Shown here: positions 9,401 through 18,646 of the stretch, one piece after another
Layout: the number at the start of each line of letters is the position of its first letter
How positions within the stretch are numbered: position 1 is the stretch's first letter
Source of the DNA: an uncultured delta proteobacterium
GTDB lineage: Bacteria > Desulfobacterota > Desulfomonilia > UBA1062
DNA: 33,155 nucleotides
NCBI GenBank assembly: GCA_963785235.1
Contig: CAWAUM010000008.1
Coordinates: 1-33,155, forward strand
Direction of reading: 5' to 3'
Translations under genes and position numbers: made by a program
The notes under the pieces: generated by a model
Database searches by the model: none
The model's input: the letters and a program-made list of their open reading frames with translations, nothing else
What the model was told of the DNA's origin: nothing

Positions 9401-12400
9401 GCAAGGCAGGTCGGGATACATAACGATTCGGGGAGCGTGTCTGCGATGAGATTGCTCAAGGTGGCACCAGGGCCCAGTTCCACGAAGAGCCTGGCTCCAT
9501 ATTCGTTCGAAAGAGTCCGGACATTATCCATCCAGTGCACCGTTGATTCCAGGTGGGCCATGAGGATTCGCCTTATTTCACCGGGATCTGACGGATACGG
9601 CGCCATGGTCGTGTTCGAGATGACGGGAATCTGAGGAGGATGAAACTCTATGGAGGCGACATACTCCTCGAGCTCATCCCTTATGACCCGCATGATAGGG
9701 GAGTGGAAGGCCATGCTGACCCGAAGGAGGGTGGACCGGTACCCCTTCTCTTTCAGCTTCAGCACAAGATCCTTCACCTCTTCACTGCCACCGCTCAGAA
9801 CAATCTGATTCGGTGCATTGATGTTACCGATGTGGACGGCATCGGGTCCCTGGAGCATCTCTTTCAGAAGGTCCAGGGGGGCGTCGGTGGCAGCCATGAC
9901 ACCCGGGTCCACATTCATTCCGGCGGCCTTGTCCATGCAGATGGCCCTTTTGTTCACAATGCGGAAACCGTCCTCGGGAGAATAGACACCGGCCAGGCAT
10001 AAGGCAGTCAGTTCGCCCAGACTGTGGCCGGCCATGGCAACAGGTGTTATGCCAAGACTCATGAGGTACCTGGACATGGCATGTTCTATGGTGAACATTG
10101 CAGGTTGCTGCCACCGGGTCTTACGGAGGTTCTCCCCAGAATCGTTGAACAGGAGATGAAGGAGGTCAAAATCAGCCACAGCCGCAGCTCGATCCATCCA
10201 ATCCCTGATGACGGGAAAAGAATTATAGAGATCGCGGCCCATGCTTTCGTACTGTGACCCCTGGCCGGGAAATACAAAGGCGAGTGGTAATGCAGGAACA
10301 TCCTCAGGACCCATGAAGATCCTCTTTCGTGCAAGGGATCTCGTGACCTTGGGTGAAACGACTTCTGCATCCAAAAGGGAGGCTGACCCTTCAATGAGTG
10401 TGAGTGCCTCCTCTTGGGATTGAGATACAACAGCGAGGCGCCAGTTGCGGTCTTCCATTTCGCTCCGGAAGAAAGAGACGCCCTGGAGAGCAGGAGGGCC
10501 TTCACGATTTTCTCCGGTAGGACCGGTTCTTCTTCCCGGGGAAACCAAGACCGTATCCGCTTTATCCATTGACTGCTCTACATGTGCAACGTAGTTGGTG
10601 CCTCCGAACCCGAAGGCGTTGACCTGAAGTCTTCTTGGTCGGCCGCCGTTGCATTTCCAATCAGATGGTTCAGGGGCGATGTAAAGGCCTGATCCTTCCA
10701 GCCCCATTTCCGGGTCCGGATGCTCATAATTGAGTGTAGGAGGGAAAACCCCGGCCTGAAGGGCCATGACTCCTCGAATGAGGTTGTTAATGCCCGAGGC
10801 CCCCAGTGTATGGCCGATCTGTGATTTGAATGACGTGAGAACCGTGCGCTTGGATGAATTGAAGAATGTCTTCAGGGCACGTACCTCTTGTACGTCTCCT
10901 TGCCGGGTACTCGTGGCGTGGCATTCCACCAGGTCCACTGCGTCCGGGCCATACGGTAATTCCCGGAAAGAGGAGCGGATGGCGATCTCCTGGGTAGTAT
11001 GGGATGACTCAACCATGCCCAGGTTGTTGTTGCTCGCTCCCATGCCGGTAATAACGGCGTGGACGAGGGCCCCTCGTGCTCGAGCCGCACTTTCCCGCTC
11101 GATGACGATCAATCCACCGCCTTCGCCGAGAACAAGCCCGTCCCTTCCGGCATCGAAGGGCCGGGAGGTCTCATGAGCCGGCCTGTTCTGTCCCGACAGA
11201 CTAAAAAGTGCTCCCAGGGCTGAGAATTCCAGAAAGTGCAGGTGTGTAAGGGTATCCTCGCCTCCTCCTACAATGGCTGCATCGATGATGCCGTTTCTGA
11301 TCATCTGTATGGCGCTGTGAAGCGCGACCAGTGATGTCGAGCACGCCGCAGATACGGAATGGCTGGGCCCCATGAACCCATACCGGTTACAGACGAACCC
11401 GGCTGCTGCGCAGTTGAGCCTGCCCAGAAGTGTTGTGTCGTCCGGGGCCATGCGTCCGGCCCTTATCTCCCGAACGATCGCGATCTCCTGATCCGGCGTG
11501 AGGGTAATAGCCTTCTTTATGGAGGAGATGATGTCATGAATATTGGCACGGATGATGATATTGGTAAGGGACCCTGCCGCTTCACCCGAGTTCTGGGAGA
11601 TGACTACCCCTATTCGTTCGCGTGGTATGTCCGACTCCAGGATGCCCGATGCCCTGATGGCCTTATCCGCCAGCCACAAAGTGATCTTTGTAGCATCGGT
11701 CATGGTCCGAAAGTCCTGGGGTGAAATTCCAAGTTCATTGCGTGAGATGTTTAAATCCAGGAAGGCGCCCACCTTGCAATAGGTTTTGTCCGGCACAAGC
11801 GGTTTGGGATCATAAAAAAGATCGTGATCCCACCGCGACTTCGGAATCAAAGTAATCCCGCTTTTCATTGCCAGGCTTGCATCCCAGACCTCCTCAGGGC
11901 TCTTCCCCAGGGCATTGAGGATACTCATCCCGGTGATGGCGATCCTTTCGTGAATATCACCTCGCATGCTGTGCGCCTTGGATCCATGGCTAATGCGGGA
12001 AGACGGGGTTTCACTTTTGGAAGACTTGTCAGGCAGAGGTTCAGATTTATCCAGGGTAGATCCCTCGAAGGGTTTATACAGCATGAGAGGGCCTTCGGCC
12101 AGCTCGCGGTGAAAAGAGTGCAGATCCTGGATCTTATGGATGAGACCGGCACAGGACCCGCTCATAAACTGCCCGCGTTCCAGGCAGGCCCGCTCATCCA
12201 GGGGTGCTTCATCTGTCCTGTCCATACCTCTGGCCGCAACTAGGAGGCTCCCCGCAGTCATTTCCTCCATTTTTCTGCGGAAGGAGAACTCGTCCTGGCC
12301 GCTCGCTGCAAATTCCCTCTCAATGGACGTAACAGCTTCCAATAGCGGCGTTCTCAAGGATCGCACGCGTATTCCGGTACTCCGGCCGGAAATCGCTGTT

Positions 12401-14142
12401 CCACACGGAGACGATTCCAGGATCAGTCGCTGATAGAGTTCTGATAAGGCTCCCGTTTCAACGATTTCATGGGTGGCAAGATACGCGGTACCCATCTGTA
12501 TGGCATCTGCGCCAAGCATGGCGGCCATGAATGCAGTTTCCCGGTTGAAGATACCCCCTGCAAGGATCACACGGCGGTTTCTGAACAGGGATGGATTGAG
12601 TGCCTTGAGGTTCAACACCATTTGAGCGAGGGTGAGTACGCTATGCTGTCCCACGTGGCCGCCTGCCTCGTACCCTTCGCAGACCACATACCTGACACCA
12701 GCTTCAAAGGCATGCCTCATCAGGGCCTCATCAGGGGCGATATAGATGACCTCGATGCCGCATTCCATCAATTCTCTTATGGGAGAAAGATCGCCTCCAG
12801 CGATCCATACAAAACGGGGTTTGTGTTTTTTTATCCAGGCCAGCTGGGTATCTCTGAAAGGATTTTCTGCCAGAGACACGATATTCACTGCATAAGGCCG
12901 TGCTCCCAGAATTTCCGTCAACCGTCCCAGTTTTTTATAGAGGGTCTCCTCGTCCATCAGGCCAAGGGCGATGGTGGGTAATCCACCGGCATCGGCAACC
13001 CTTACGGCAAACTCGGGGACATCAGTGATGGAAGACATGGCTCCCTGGATAAAGGGGTATTGAATTCCGATTTCTCCAGCTACAGGACTGTCCAAGAAAC
13101 AATCCTTTTTTGCTTGTGCCAGTGCCCATGAGTTTCGGATCTCGGCAATGAAGGCCTTTACGGCCTCTTGTGTTCCGGTGCCGAAACGCATGACAAAGGA
13201 CTGGGCAAAGGCAGCCTCTACACCTAAAGGGATGACCTCATCCGGGTCGTAATTGCTCTCCAGCGGGTGGATTGCTTTAGCGTGCACATAATCAAAAAAA
13301 GATCTGCGGCTTTCTTTTGAGATCTCTTTGGCGCAGATAGAGTCTTCGAGATCCTTGATCTCCTTGAAGGCACGGGAGTTTCCCTTGTTGAAAAGGCGGC
13401 AGGGGACCTGCAGATCCAAGCCGACCAGATCGGTAGAATCCAAACGGAGATTTGCAATCCGTTGTCGCTGGAGATCATCAATGACTGAGAGATCTGTCAA
13501 CCAATGAAGACTCTCGAAGACGATACCCGTTGCACCGGTGGACAAAAATGCTGCTGCTGCCTCAGGGGTTGAAATGCCTCCCCAAATGAAAATTTCAGGG
13601 GCTATGGACGATGAACGCACCATCTCCCCGGCTGCGGAATACAGGGATAGGGTCGATTCTCCACTCACAAACCCCGAGGCCTCACATCCTTTCAGTGCAA
13701 TGTGACTGATTTCCTGTCCGTCCTTCAGAATGACTGAGAGGAATTCCAGGTCACCGATGATCGGAAAGCACCGGTAGGTAACTGATAATTCCTTTAATCT
13801 CTTGAGAACAATAAAAGGATTTCCTGCTGAAAACCAGTGAAGGCATTCTACCCAGATGTTTTGGATCCCTGTACCCTTAAGGTGCTGCTCCAATGATGGA
13901 TCAAGCAGGGAAGGGGTAGATATTTTGATATCTTTAAAGAGGGTGTCAGAGTCATCCTTTTGTAAGAAAGAATGCAGTTCTGCAGCCCCCACCCTGGAAC
14001 AATCGAAGATGGCATTGCTTCCCGTTCGGTGTGCCATCCGGATCACGGATGGGATCGTATCCTTGAGCTGCCAGACGAAAGCGATCATGGGAGCCTTATT
14101 TTTTTCAATCAATATCGCAACACCCTCTTTCCCGCTCGTCAC
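6430..14142 (-). CDS. Iterative type I FAS/PKS (PfaA-like) with N-terminal tandem FabK/nitronate-monooxygenase-like enoyl reductase domains: ER'-ER-KS-AT-ACP-KR-DH
   Basis: ER: IQGAM, EAGGH (His 12655-57), LAGGI, QMGTAYL. KS triad: SAACST (11341), ECHATST (10918), QIGHT (10810). AT: FPGQGSQ, GHSLG (10021), AFHS (malonyl-type). One ACP (~8970-9200). KR: SGGATGI, LRD, GQANYASAN. DH: DHMP and FEALLQ. The start may be TTG 14112, after GAGGGTG. Confidence 0.93.
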   Translation of the reverse strand: MTSGKEGVAILIEKNKAPMIAFVWQLKDTIPSVIRMAHRTGSNAIFDCSRVGAAELHSFLQKDDSDTLFKDIKISTPSLLDPSLEQHLKGTGIQNIWVECLHWFSAGNPFIVLKRLKELSVTYRCFPIIGDLEFLSVILKDGQEISHIALKGCEASGFVSGESTLSLYSAAGEMVRSSSIAPEIFIWGGISTPEAAAAFLSTGATGIVFESLHWLTDLSVIDDLQRQRIANLRLDSTDLVGLDLQVPCRLFNKGNSRAFKEIKDLEDSICAKEISKESRRSFFDYVHAKAIHPLESNYDPDEVIPLGVEAAFAQSFVMRFGTGTQEAVKAFIAEIRNSWALAQAKKDCFLDSPVAGEIGIQYPFIQGAMSSITDVPEFAVRVADAGGLPTIALGLMDEETLYKKLGRLTEILGARPYAVNIVSLAENPFRDTQLAWIKKHKPRFVWIAGGDLSPIRELMECGIEVIYIAPDEALMRHAFEAGVRYVVCEGYEAGGHVGQHSVLTLAQMVLNLKALNPSLFRNRRVILAGGIFNRETAFMAAMLGADAIQMGTAYLATHEIVETGALSELYQRLILESSPCGTAISGRSTGIRVRSLRTPLLEAVTSIEREFAASGQDEFSFRRKMEEMTAGSLLVAARGMDRTDEAPLDERACLERGQFMSGSCAGLIHKIQDLHSFHRELAEGPLMLYKPFEGSTLDKSEPLPDKSSKSETPSSRISHGSKAHSMRGDIHERIAITGMSILNALGKSPEEVWDASLAMKSGITLIPKSRWDHDLFYDPKPLVPDKTYCKVGAFLDLNISRNELGISPQDFRTMTDATKITLWLADKAIRASGILESDIPRERIGVVISQNSGEAAGSLTNIIIRANIHDIISSIKKAITLTPDQEIAIVREIRAGRMAPDDTTLLGRLNCAAAGFVCNRYGFMGPSHSVSAACSTSLVALHSAIQMIRNGIIDAAIVGGGEDTLTHLHFLEFSALGALFSLSGQNRPAHETSRPFDAGRDGLVLGEGGGLIVIERESAARARGALVHAVITGMGASNNNLGMVESSHTTQEIAIRSSFRELPYGPDAVDLVECHATSTRQGDVQEVRALKTFFNSSKRTVLTSFKSQIGHTLGASGINNLIRGVMALQAGVFPPTLNYEHPDPEMGLEGSGLYIAPEPSDWKCNGGRPRRLQVNAFGFGGTNYVAHVEQSMDKADTVLVSPGRRTGPTGENREGPPALQGVSFFRSEMEDRNWRLAVVSQSQEEALTLIEGSASLLDAEVVSPKVTRSLARKRIFMGPEDVPALPLAFVFPGQGSQYESMGRDLYNSFPVIRDWMDRAAAVADFDLLHLLFNDSGENLRKTRWQQPAMFTIEHAMSRYLMSLGITPVAMAGHSLGELTALCLAGVYSPEDGFRIVNKRAICMDKAAGMNVDPGVMAATDAPLDLLKEMLQGPDAVHIGNINAPNQIVLSGGSEEVKDLVLKLKEKGYRSTLLRVSMAFHSPIMRVIRDELEEYVASIEFHPPQIPVISNTTMAPYPSDPGEIRRILMAHLESTVHWMDNVRTLSNEYGARLFVELGPGATLSNLIADTLPESLCIPTCLASAEGLTYRTALAQLFVQGHLKVQGEPRFVSLRAFRKTPDAHRIEAEPSASQPSKPGLAGSNPEESQDHLDGLIQIIMDATGFNRDEIEPDMDLRRDLSIRSSRLPVIMEAVERRFGITIEMKDFFDIHTVRDFAKKVTEIVSRHDGSSTRPAAKATEPGSARDETLKPSEDEVSLKRLVFDQVPVEPGVSLPIKLSPGESIILLSPDREDAIGRNAGEIFRQDYHAVTYTMEFMQKNPCPGEEGHDIRTNEGAAKAADAISGMSPVSGMIISLRQCGSVTDVSLLLRGLFSLLKTFLRSPAKKFVVLIHNRQDAETPSRLLAEAMLGLFLSAAQEYPSVQFRTAEIGPQSNLRTVLSSVLNKGLTVVETIHRDGKVLTSQGHIAPVLLKDLPNTNLKPGDVVVISGGATGISAHLARSLVPFAPRLVLLGRTPVPQDTDAFPAKPSPGPSPSEPFTSDKRASEIAQTLMDLHSSGIEATYYTCDVTDSEAVRATIGKVVSRYGKIDGIVHGAGILRDGLLSEMTEDDFSLVTHVKFLGAWNLFSASQEAGLKFFIGLSSVAAIQGNPGQANYASANRMMSGLLRYLHRKNPAIEFKALMLPPVEGAGMAQDPEVREFLKWKGVDYIHVNELAGLFCREITIAPADDDWVMFMRRLPSVNTALLDDAIRPSVKGELDEGTATFSPEDFPMIDGLSCLDVRREYLEAFRSFSLEKDLWIADHMPFKFMKDPLVSAAMLVETFMEAARILYPHLQVRGVRGIRFIDTIRCTPWLPRLTRISCRRADASLGEVSCEISLAIQEHSVSGGLPSRLIPYCIGQVILDGGKEYLGNGFPDFPVRMEELRTKPMGHNKILKWYKEFSGLTGRYRVMESIDGACSGVVKGRTVYRETSDFKHLQNTRYQYSPYLFEALLQLANFSNIAMIPSQRRSMIPMEIGEMRFFRKCRDGEQIILEARMRKQDEKSLTWDARGIDDQGKTIMQVHGMRMHLVSP

Positions 14143-14167
14143 TGTACGAGCGAAACTAATACTACCT

Positions 14168-14191
14168 GCATATTATTATATAATAATATGC
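14168..14191. promoter_or_regulatory. Perfect 24-bp palindrome, candidate operator
   Basis: GCATATTATTAT|ATAATAATATGC is its own reverse complement. It lies in the divergent PKS/activase intergenic region and covers the -10 box. Confidence 0.55.
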
Positions 14192-14204
14192 CCCCCATTG
14201 TCTA
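14175..14204 (-). promoter_or_regulatory. Putative sigma70 promoter of the PKS operon
   Basis: Minus strand: TAGACA (14204-14199), 18-nt spacer, TATAAT (14180-14175), about 30-60 nt upstream of the PKS start. Confidence 0.55.
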
Positions 14205-14400
14205 GAGAGAGGACCGAAGATATTGAGGAATAGGTGTCTGAGCATGGTCGGTACCTCTACCCCTTGAATTCTCATATCTGATAGCTATATTCATTGAGAT
14301 TGTTAAAGTTATGTTAAAATATACAGCATATAAATGATGCAAATTGGGATTCTTCCGAACTTTCCTGGTGGTTTTAGCAGATTGAAAAGGTTTCTATGCT

Positions 14401-17400
14401 ATGAAGAGAAACACGCTTGGAATAGATGTCGGGTCAGTAGCAGTGAGTATTGTAGAGATCACGCCCGAGTATAAAATCGTTAAAAGCGCATACTGTCTTC
14501 ATCAAGGCAAGATTGCAGAAACCATAGGTGAAGCACTTGTTGGTTTTGCCTTATCACGTATCTCGCAAGTGAGCGCTACTTCTTCGACACCTTATTTCGT
14601 GAAGGCAGACAAAAGGTACGATAACCAGGTGTGCCTCATTTCCGCACTCCGTCATGTTCACAGCAATGCAGGCGTCCTCTTGAATATCGGCGCAGAAAGA
14701 TTCTCCCTGCTTTTGTTCCATGAGAACGGCTCGTACAGGAAATGTAAAACCAATTCCTCGTGCGCAGCAGGGACCGGGAGTTTCCTTGATCAGCAGGCGT
14801 CCCGGCTCAATCTTGAAGGGATCGAGGAACTGGGGGTTATAGCCTCTACGAATACGGGTGTAATCCCCAAGATCGCCTCGCGCTGTGCGGTCTTTGCCAA
14901 GACAGACCTTATCCATGCGCAGCAGGAAGGATACAGCCTTACTGAGATCTGCGACGCTGTGTGCTGCGGACTGGCAAAGAATGTTGTGGACACACTCTTC
15001 ACCGGTGAAGAAGTGAATGAACCCATTGTGGTCTGTGGCGGGGTGTCGAAGAACCCTGCTGTGCTCCGGCATATCCGGGGACTCATAGGCAATGATCTTA
15101 TCGTTGATGAAATGTCGCATCTATACGGTGCGTTCGGTGCTGCTATCCGGCTTGCCGGCGATGGGGCCGGGGGGATGATGGATTTGAAATCCCCCAGGGA
15201 CCTGATCCAGGACAAAAAGCCACAGAGAAAATATGCCTGTGCCCCTTTAGAACTGAAGCTGTCCGATTACCCGGATTTCACGGGTATCAGACATTACCCA
15301 TATGCGGTAAGGACAAGAAAAACCCCTGAAAAAGTCGATGTGGATATATATAAAGAACTGCCAAGAGGCGCTATAGACAGGGTTTATCTTGGCATAGACA
15401 TCGGCTCCACGAGCACCAAAGCCGTGATGGTTGATGAGCAAAAGAATGTCCTGGCCGGGTTTTACACCTGGACTGCCGGCAGGCCGGTAGATTCACTATG
15501 CGCGGTCCTTGAGGCCATGGATGATCATATTTTCCGCGAGGGGGTTACCGTAGAGGTTATTGGTGCAGGGACCACAGGCTCGGGCAGGAAGCTCATCGGC
15601 AAGATCATCAACGCGGACATGGTCATTGACGAGATAACGGCTCATGCGCGCTCTGCCTGCGAGCTTACGCCCGAGGTAGACACCATTATCGAGATCGGCG
15701 GGCAGGATTCCAAGTTCACTACGCTCAGGAACAAGGCAGTCACTTTCTGCGCCATGAACACCATATGCGCCGCCGGCACGGGCAGCTTCATCGAAGAACA
15801 GGGTAAAAAAATGGGCTGCACGCTTGATGAATATCAGACAAGGGCAGAGGGGAGAGGGTCTCCCATGGCATCGAACAGATGCACGGTCTTCATGGAGCGG
15901 GACATGAATTATTACCTGAGCGAGGGATACAGCGCCGATGAGATGCTGGCATCCGCCCTCCACTCTGTGAGCGAAAATTATCTCACAAAGGTGGCAATAG
16001 AGGCAAGCATTGGTGATACCATATGTTTTCAGGGTGCCACGGCTAAGAACAGGGCCCTTGTGGCGGCCTTTGAGCAGAGGCTCGGCAAGCCCATCCACGT
16101 GTCTCGATACTGCCATCTCACCGGAGCCTTGGGTGTTGCGCTCCTGCTCGCCGATGAAGGGATACATTCAGAGAATTTCCGGGGTATCAAGCTCTATACG
16201 AAAGAGATCCCCGTGCATTCCGAGGTCTGTTCGCTGTGCACCAACCACTGCAAGCTGACCGTAGCGGAGCTTGATGGTGAGGAGCTGGCCTATGGTTTCC
16301 TCTGCGGGAGGGACTATCATGTCAAAGGCCATATTGATAACAATACCTCCGGATTCGATCTCATCAGGGCACGCTCAAAGGCATTTTCCTTCCCCAAGAA
16401 GAAGGTTCATGAAGAACGACTCACCATGGGGATACCTGATGCACTCCACCTTGGTGACGACTTGCAATTCTGGCAATATTTCTTTGATGCGCTATCCATA
16501 AAGACGATAACAAGCAAGGGTTACGCTGATGCCATTAAAGAGGGGAAAAAGATCTCAGGGGCCGAGTTTTGCGCACCGCTCACGGCACTGCACGGGCATG
16601 TGGGCTACCTCCTCGACAAGGCCGATTATGTGTTCCTGCCGTTCTACCTGGAGGACAAGCAGAAGACAAAGGACGTAAGGAGGCAGTACTGCTACTACAC
16701 CCAGTATGCACCCTCATTGGTGGCTGATGTTTTTACTCATGACAAGGAAAGGATCCTGATGCCCCTGGTCAAGTATCTCTACAACGGATCCCATGCAAAG
16801 GTGCAGCTCTATCGCATGATGAAGGCCATCAGCGTCAGAAGGATAAGCCTCCGCGATGTTTCAACGGCCTACAATAAGGCCCTTGAATTCAAGGAGCGCT
16901 CGATTGAAGACCTCTCCAACCAATACCGAAGGGAAATTGCAGAGGCCAAGGGCATATCAGTCGTCCTCCTTGGAAGGCCCTATACCGTTCTTTCTCCTGT
17001 CATGAACAACGGGATCATCGATCTTTTCGCATCAAAGGGGATCAAGGTCTTTTCTCATGACATGCTCCCATTAAATGGTCACAAACCCGATGAGAATCTT
17101 AAGGAACTCCTCCACGAGCTTCCCTGGAAGCATGCTGCAAACATCCTGCAGGCAGCAGATCTTTCTGCCCAGACCGATGGGCTCTATCCTGTCCTGGTGA
17201 CCTCCTTTCAGTGCTCGCCGGATTCCTTTGTGGCAGAGTATTTCAAGAAACTCCTCGATTCATATGCGAAGCCGTATCTCATCTTACAGCTCGATGAGCA
17301 TGATTCGAATGTTGGGTACGAAACCAGGATCGAGGCAGCAATCAGGTCATTCAGGAACCACTTCGTGGGGTTCCGGACAAATACACCCCGGGCACCATCA

Positions 17401-18642
17401 AAGAGTATCGTTCCGGTGAAGTCGTTTGCAGACAGGGTCCTGTATTTCCCGAACTGGGACCATTTGAGCTGCAGTCTGGTCGTTGCTTCACTCAAGCGCG
17501 AAGGTATCGATGCACGGCTTACCGAGGGAAACGAGGCGAGCCTTCTGAGCGGCCTTAAATACAACACCGGCCAGTGTATCCCTATAAATATCATGGCCCA
17601 GGAATTCATCGATTCCATGCTGAAGGACGATTTGGACCCCTCGCGGTGCGCCCTGTGGATGTGCAGTGGTACCATCGCATGCAATCTGAAGATGATCCCG
17701 CACCATATCAAAAACATCCTCAACAGCCATGGCAAGGGTATGGAACGTGCGGATGTGTACCTTGGAGAGATCTCCATGATGGATATCTCGTTGCGTGCCA
17801 CGGTGAACACATACCTTGCCTTCATGTTCGGGGGCCTGCTCAGAAGGGTCGGGTGCAAGATACGGCCTTATGAAGACGTGAAAGGGATGACCGATAAGGC
17901 CATGGAAGAGGGTTTACGTATACTCGATGGGGCATTCGAGGGATTACGGTCCAAGGAGGATGCCCTCAAGGAGGTAACATCTCTCTTTGAGAAGATTTCT
18001 CGGAGGGTAGAGAAAAGGCCTCAGGTAGCCATTTTCGGTGATGGCTATGTCAGGGACAATGATTTTGTCAACCAGGGTCTCATCCGTTTCATCGAAGAAC
18101 AGGGCGGCGAGGTCATAACCACCTCTGACATTTCTTTCTTAAAGATGATCGCAAGGCCGTATTTCAGGAAGTGGATTATTGAAGGTGAGTATCTCTTTGC
18201 CATCTTATCGAAGGCATATTGGATCGCCTTGGAGCTTATCGAAAGGAGATACTACCGGTACTTCGAGCTTCTTCTCAACGAGCCCGCCCGTGAATACCGG
18301 GACCCAACTCAGAAGATCCTTTCCGGATACAACCTCTTGCCGGAACATACCGGAGAATCGATGGAAAACATTATAAAAAGCCACTACATCAAGAAGTATC
18401 ACCCCGATGTCTCCCTTTTCATCCATACAAGTCCTGCCTTTTGCTGTCCGGCCCTGGTTACCGATGCCCTGGCAAATAAGATCGAGGAGACGACCGGGGT
18501 TCCTCTGGTGAATATCACCTATGACGGAACGTGCAGTGCAAAAAACAGCGCAGTGATTCCTTATCTCGCATTTTCAAACAAAGATTCGAAGCAGCATGTA
18601 CATGTCATGGACCGGATCGAACAAATTTTAGGGAAATCTTGA
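14401..18642 (+). CDS. Fused double CoA-activase + dehydratase/reductase protein (PlsA/PlsR-fusion or glycerol ester reductase Ger-like)
   Basis: 1413 aa. Two BadF/BadG/BcrA/BcrD ASKHA ATPase domains (GIDVGS..CAAGTGSF..RCAVF and GIDIGSTSTK..EIGGQDSK..CAAGTGSF..RCTVF). CSLCTNHC..CGR linker. DUF2229/HgdD-like C-terminal half (EFCAP, LLGRPY, FQCSPD, DEH..GYETRIEA, QCIP, FCCP). Confidence 0.88.
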   Translation: MKRNTLGIDVGSVAVSIVEITPEYKIVKSAYCLHQGKIAETIGEALVGFALSRISQVSATSSTPYFVKADKRYDNQVCLISALRHVHSNAGVLLNIGAERFSLLLFHENGSYRKCKTNSSCAAGTGSFLDQQASRLNLEGIEELGVIASTNTGVIPKIASRCAVFAKTDLIHAQQEGYSLTEICDAVCCGLAKNVVDTLFTGEEVNEPIVVCGGVSKNPAVLRHIRGLIGNDLIVDEMSHLYGAFGAAIRLAGDGAGGMMDLKSPRDLIQDKKPQRKYACAPLELKLSDYPDFTGIRHYPYAVRTRKTPEKVDVDIYKELPRGAIDRVYLGIDIGSTSTKAVMVDEQKNVLAGFYTWTAGRPVDSLCAVLEAMDDHIFREGVTVEVIGAGTTGSGRKLIGKIINADMVIDEITAHARSACELTPEVDTIIEIGGQDSKFTTLRNKAVTFCAMNTICAAGTGSFIEEQGKKMGCTLDEYQTRAEGRGSPMASNRCTVFMERDMNYYLSEGYSADEMLASALHSVSENYLTKVAIEASIGDTICFQGATAKNRALVAAFEQRLGKPIHVSRYCHLTGALGVALLLADEGIHSENFRGIKLYTKEIPVHSEVCSLCTNHCKLTVAELDGEELAYGFLCGRDYHVKGHIDNNTSGFDLIRARSKAFSFPKKKVHEERLTMGIPDALHLGDDLQFWQYFFDALSIKTITSKGYADAIKEGKKISGAEFCAPLTALHGHVGYLLDKADYVFLPFYLEDKQKTKDVRRQYCYYTQYAPSLVADVFTHDKERILMPLVKYLYNGSHAKVQLYRMMKAISVRRISLRDVSTAYNKALEFKERSIEDLSNQYRREIAEAKGISVVLLGRPYTVLSPVMNNGIIDLFASKGIKVFSHDMLPLNGHKPDENLKELLHELPWKHAANILQAADLSAQTDGLYPVLVTSFQCSPDSFVAEYFKKLLDSYAKPYLILQLDEHDSNVGYETRIEAAIRSFRNHFVGFRTNTPRAPSKSIVPVKSFADRVLYFPNWDHLSCSLVVASLKREGIDARLTEGNEASLLSGLKYNTGQCIPINIMAQEFIDSMLKDDLDPSRCALWMCSGTIACNLKMIPHHIKNILNSHGKGMERADVYLGEISMMDISLRATVNTYLAFMFGGLLRRVGCKIRPYEDVKGMTDKAMEEGLRILDGAFEGLRSKEDALKEVTSLFEKISRRVEKRPQVAIFGDGYVRDNDFVNQGLIRFIEEQGGEVITTSDISFLKMIARPYFRKWIIEGEYLFAILSKAYWIALELIERRYYRYFELLLNEPAREYRDPTQKILSGYNLLPEHTGESMENIIKSHYIKKYHPDVSLFIHTSPAFCCPALVTDALANKIEETTGVPLVNITYDGTCSAKNSAVIPYLAFSNKDSKQHVHVMDRIEQILGKS

Positions 18643-18646
18643 ATGG

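Noticed and set aside
6430-14142. Canonical PUFA synthase (pfaA-E) call
   Set aside because: Single ACP, no PfaB/C KS-CLF or FabA-like DH genes in the window, and the ER is fused and FabK-like.
6445-14233. Many short antisense or alternate-frame ORFs over the PKS (and similarly over other long genes)
   Set aside because: Shadow ORFs with no recognisable motifs.
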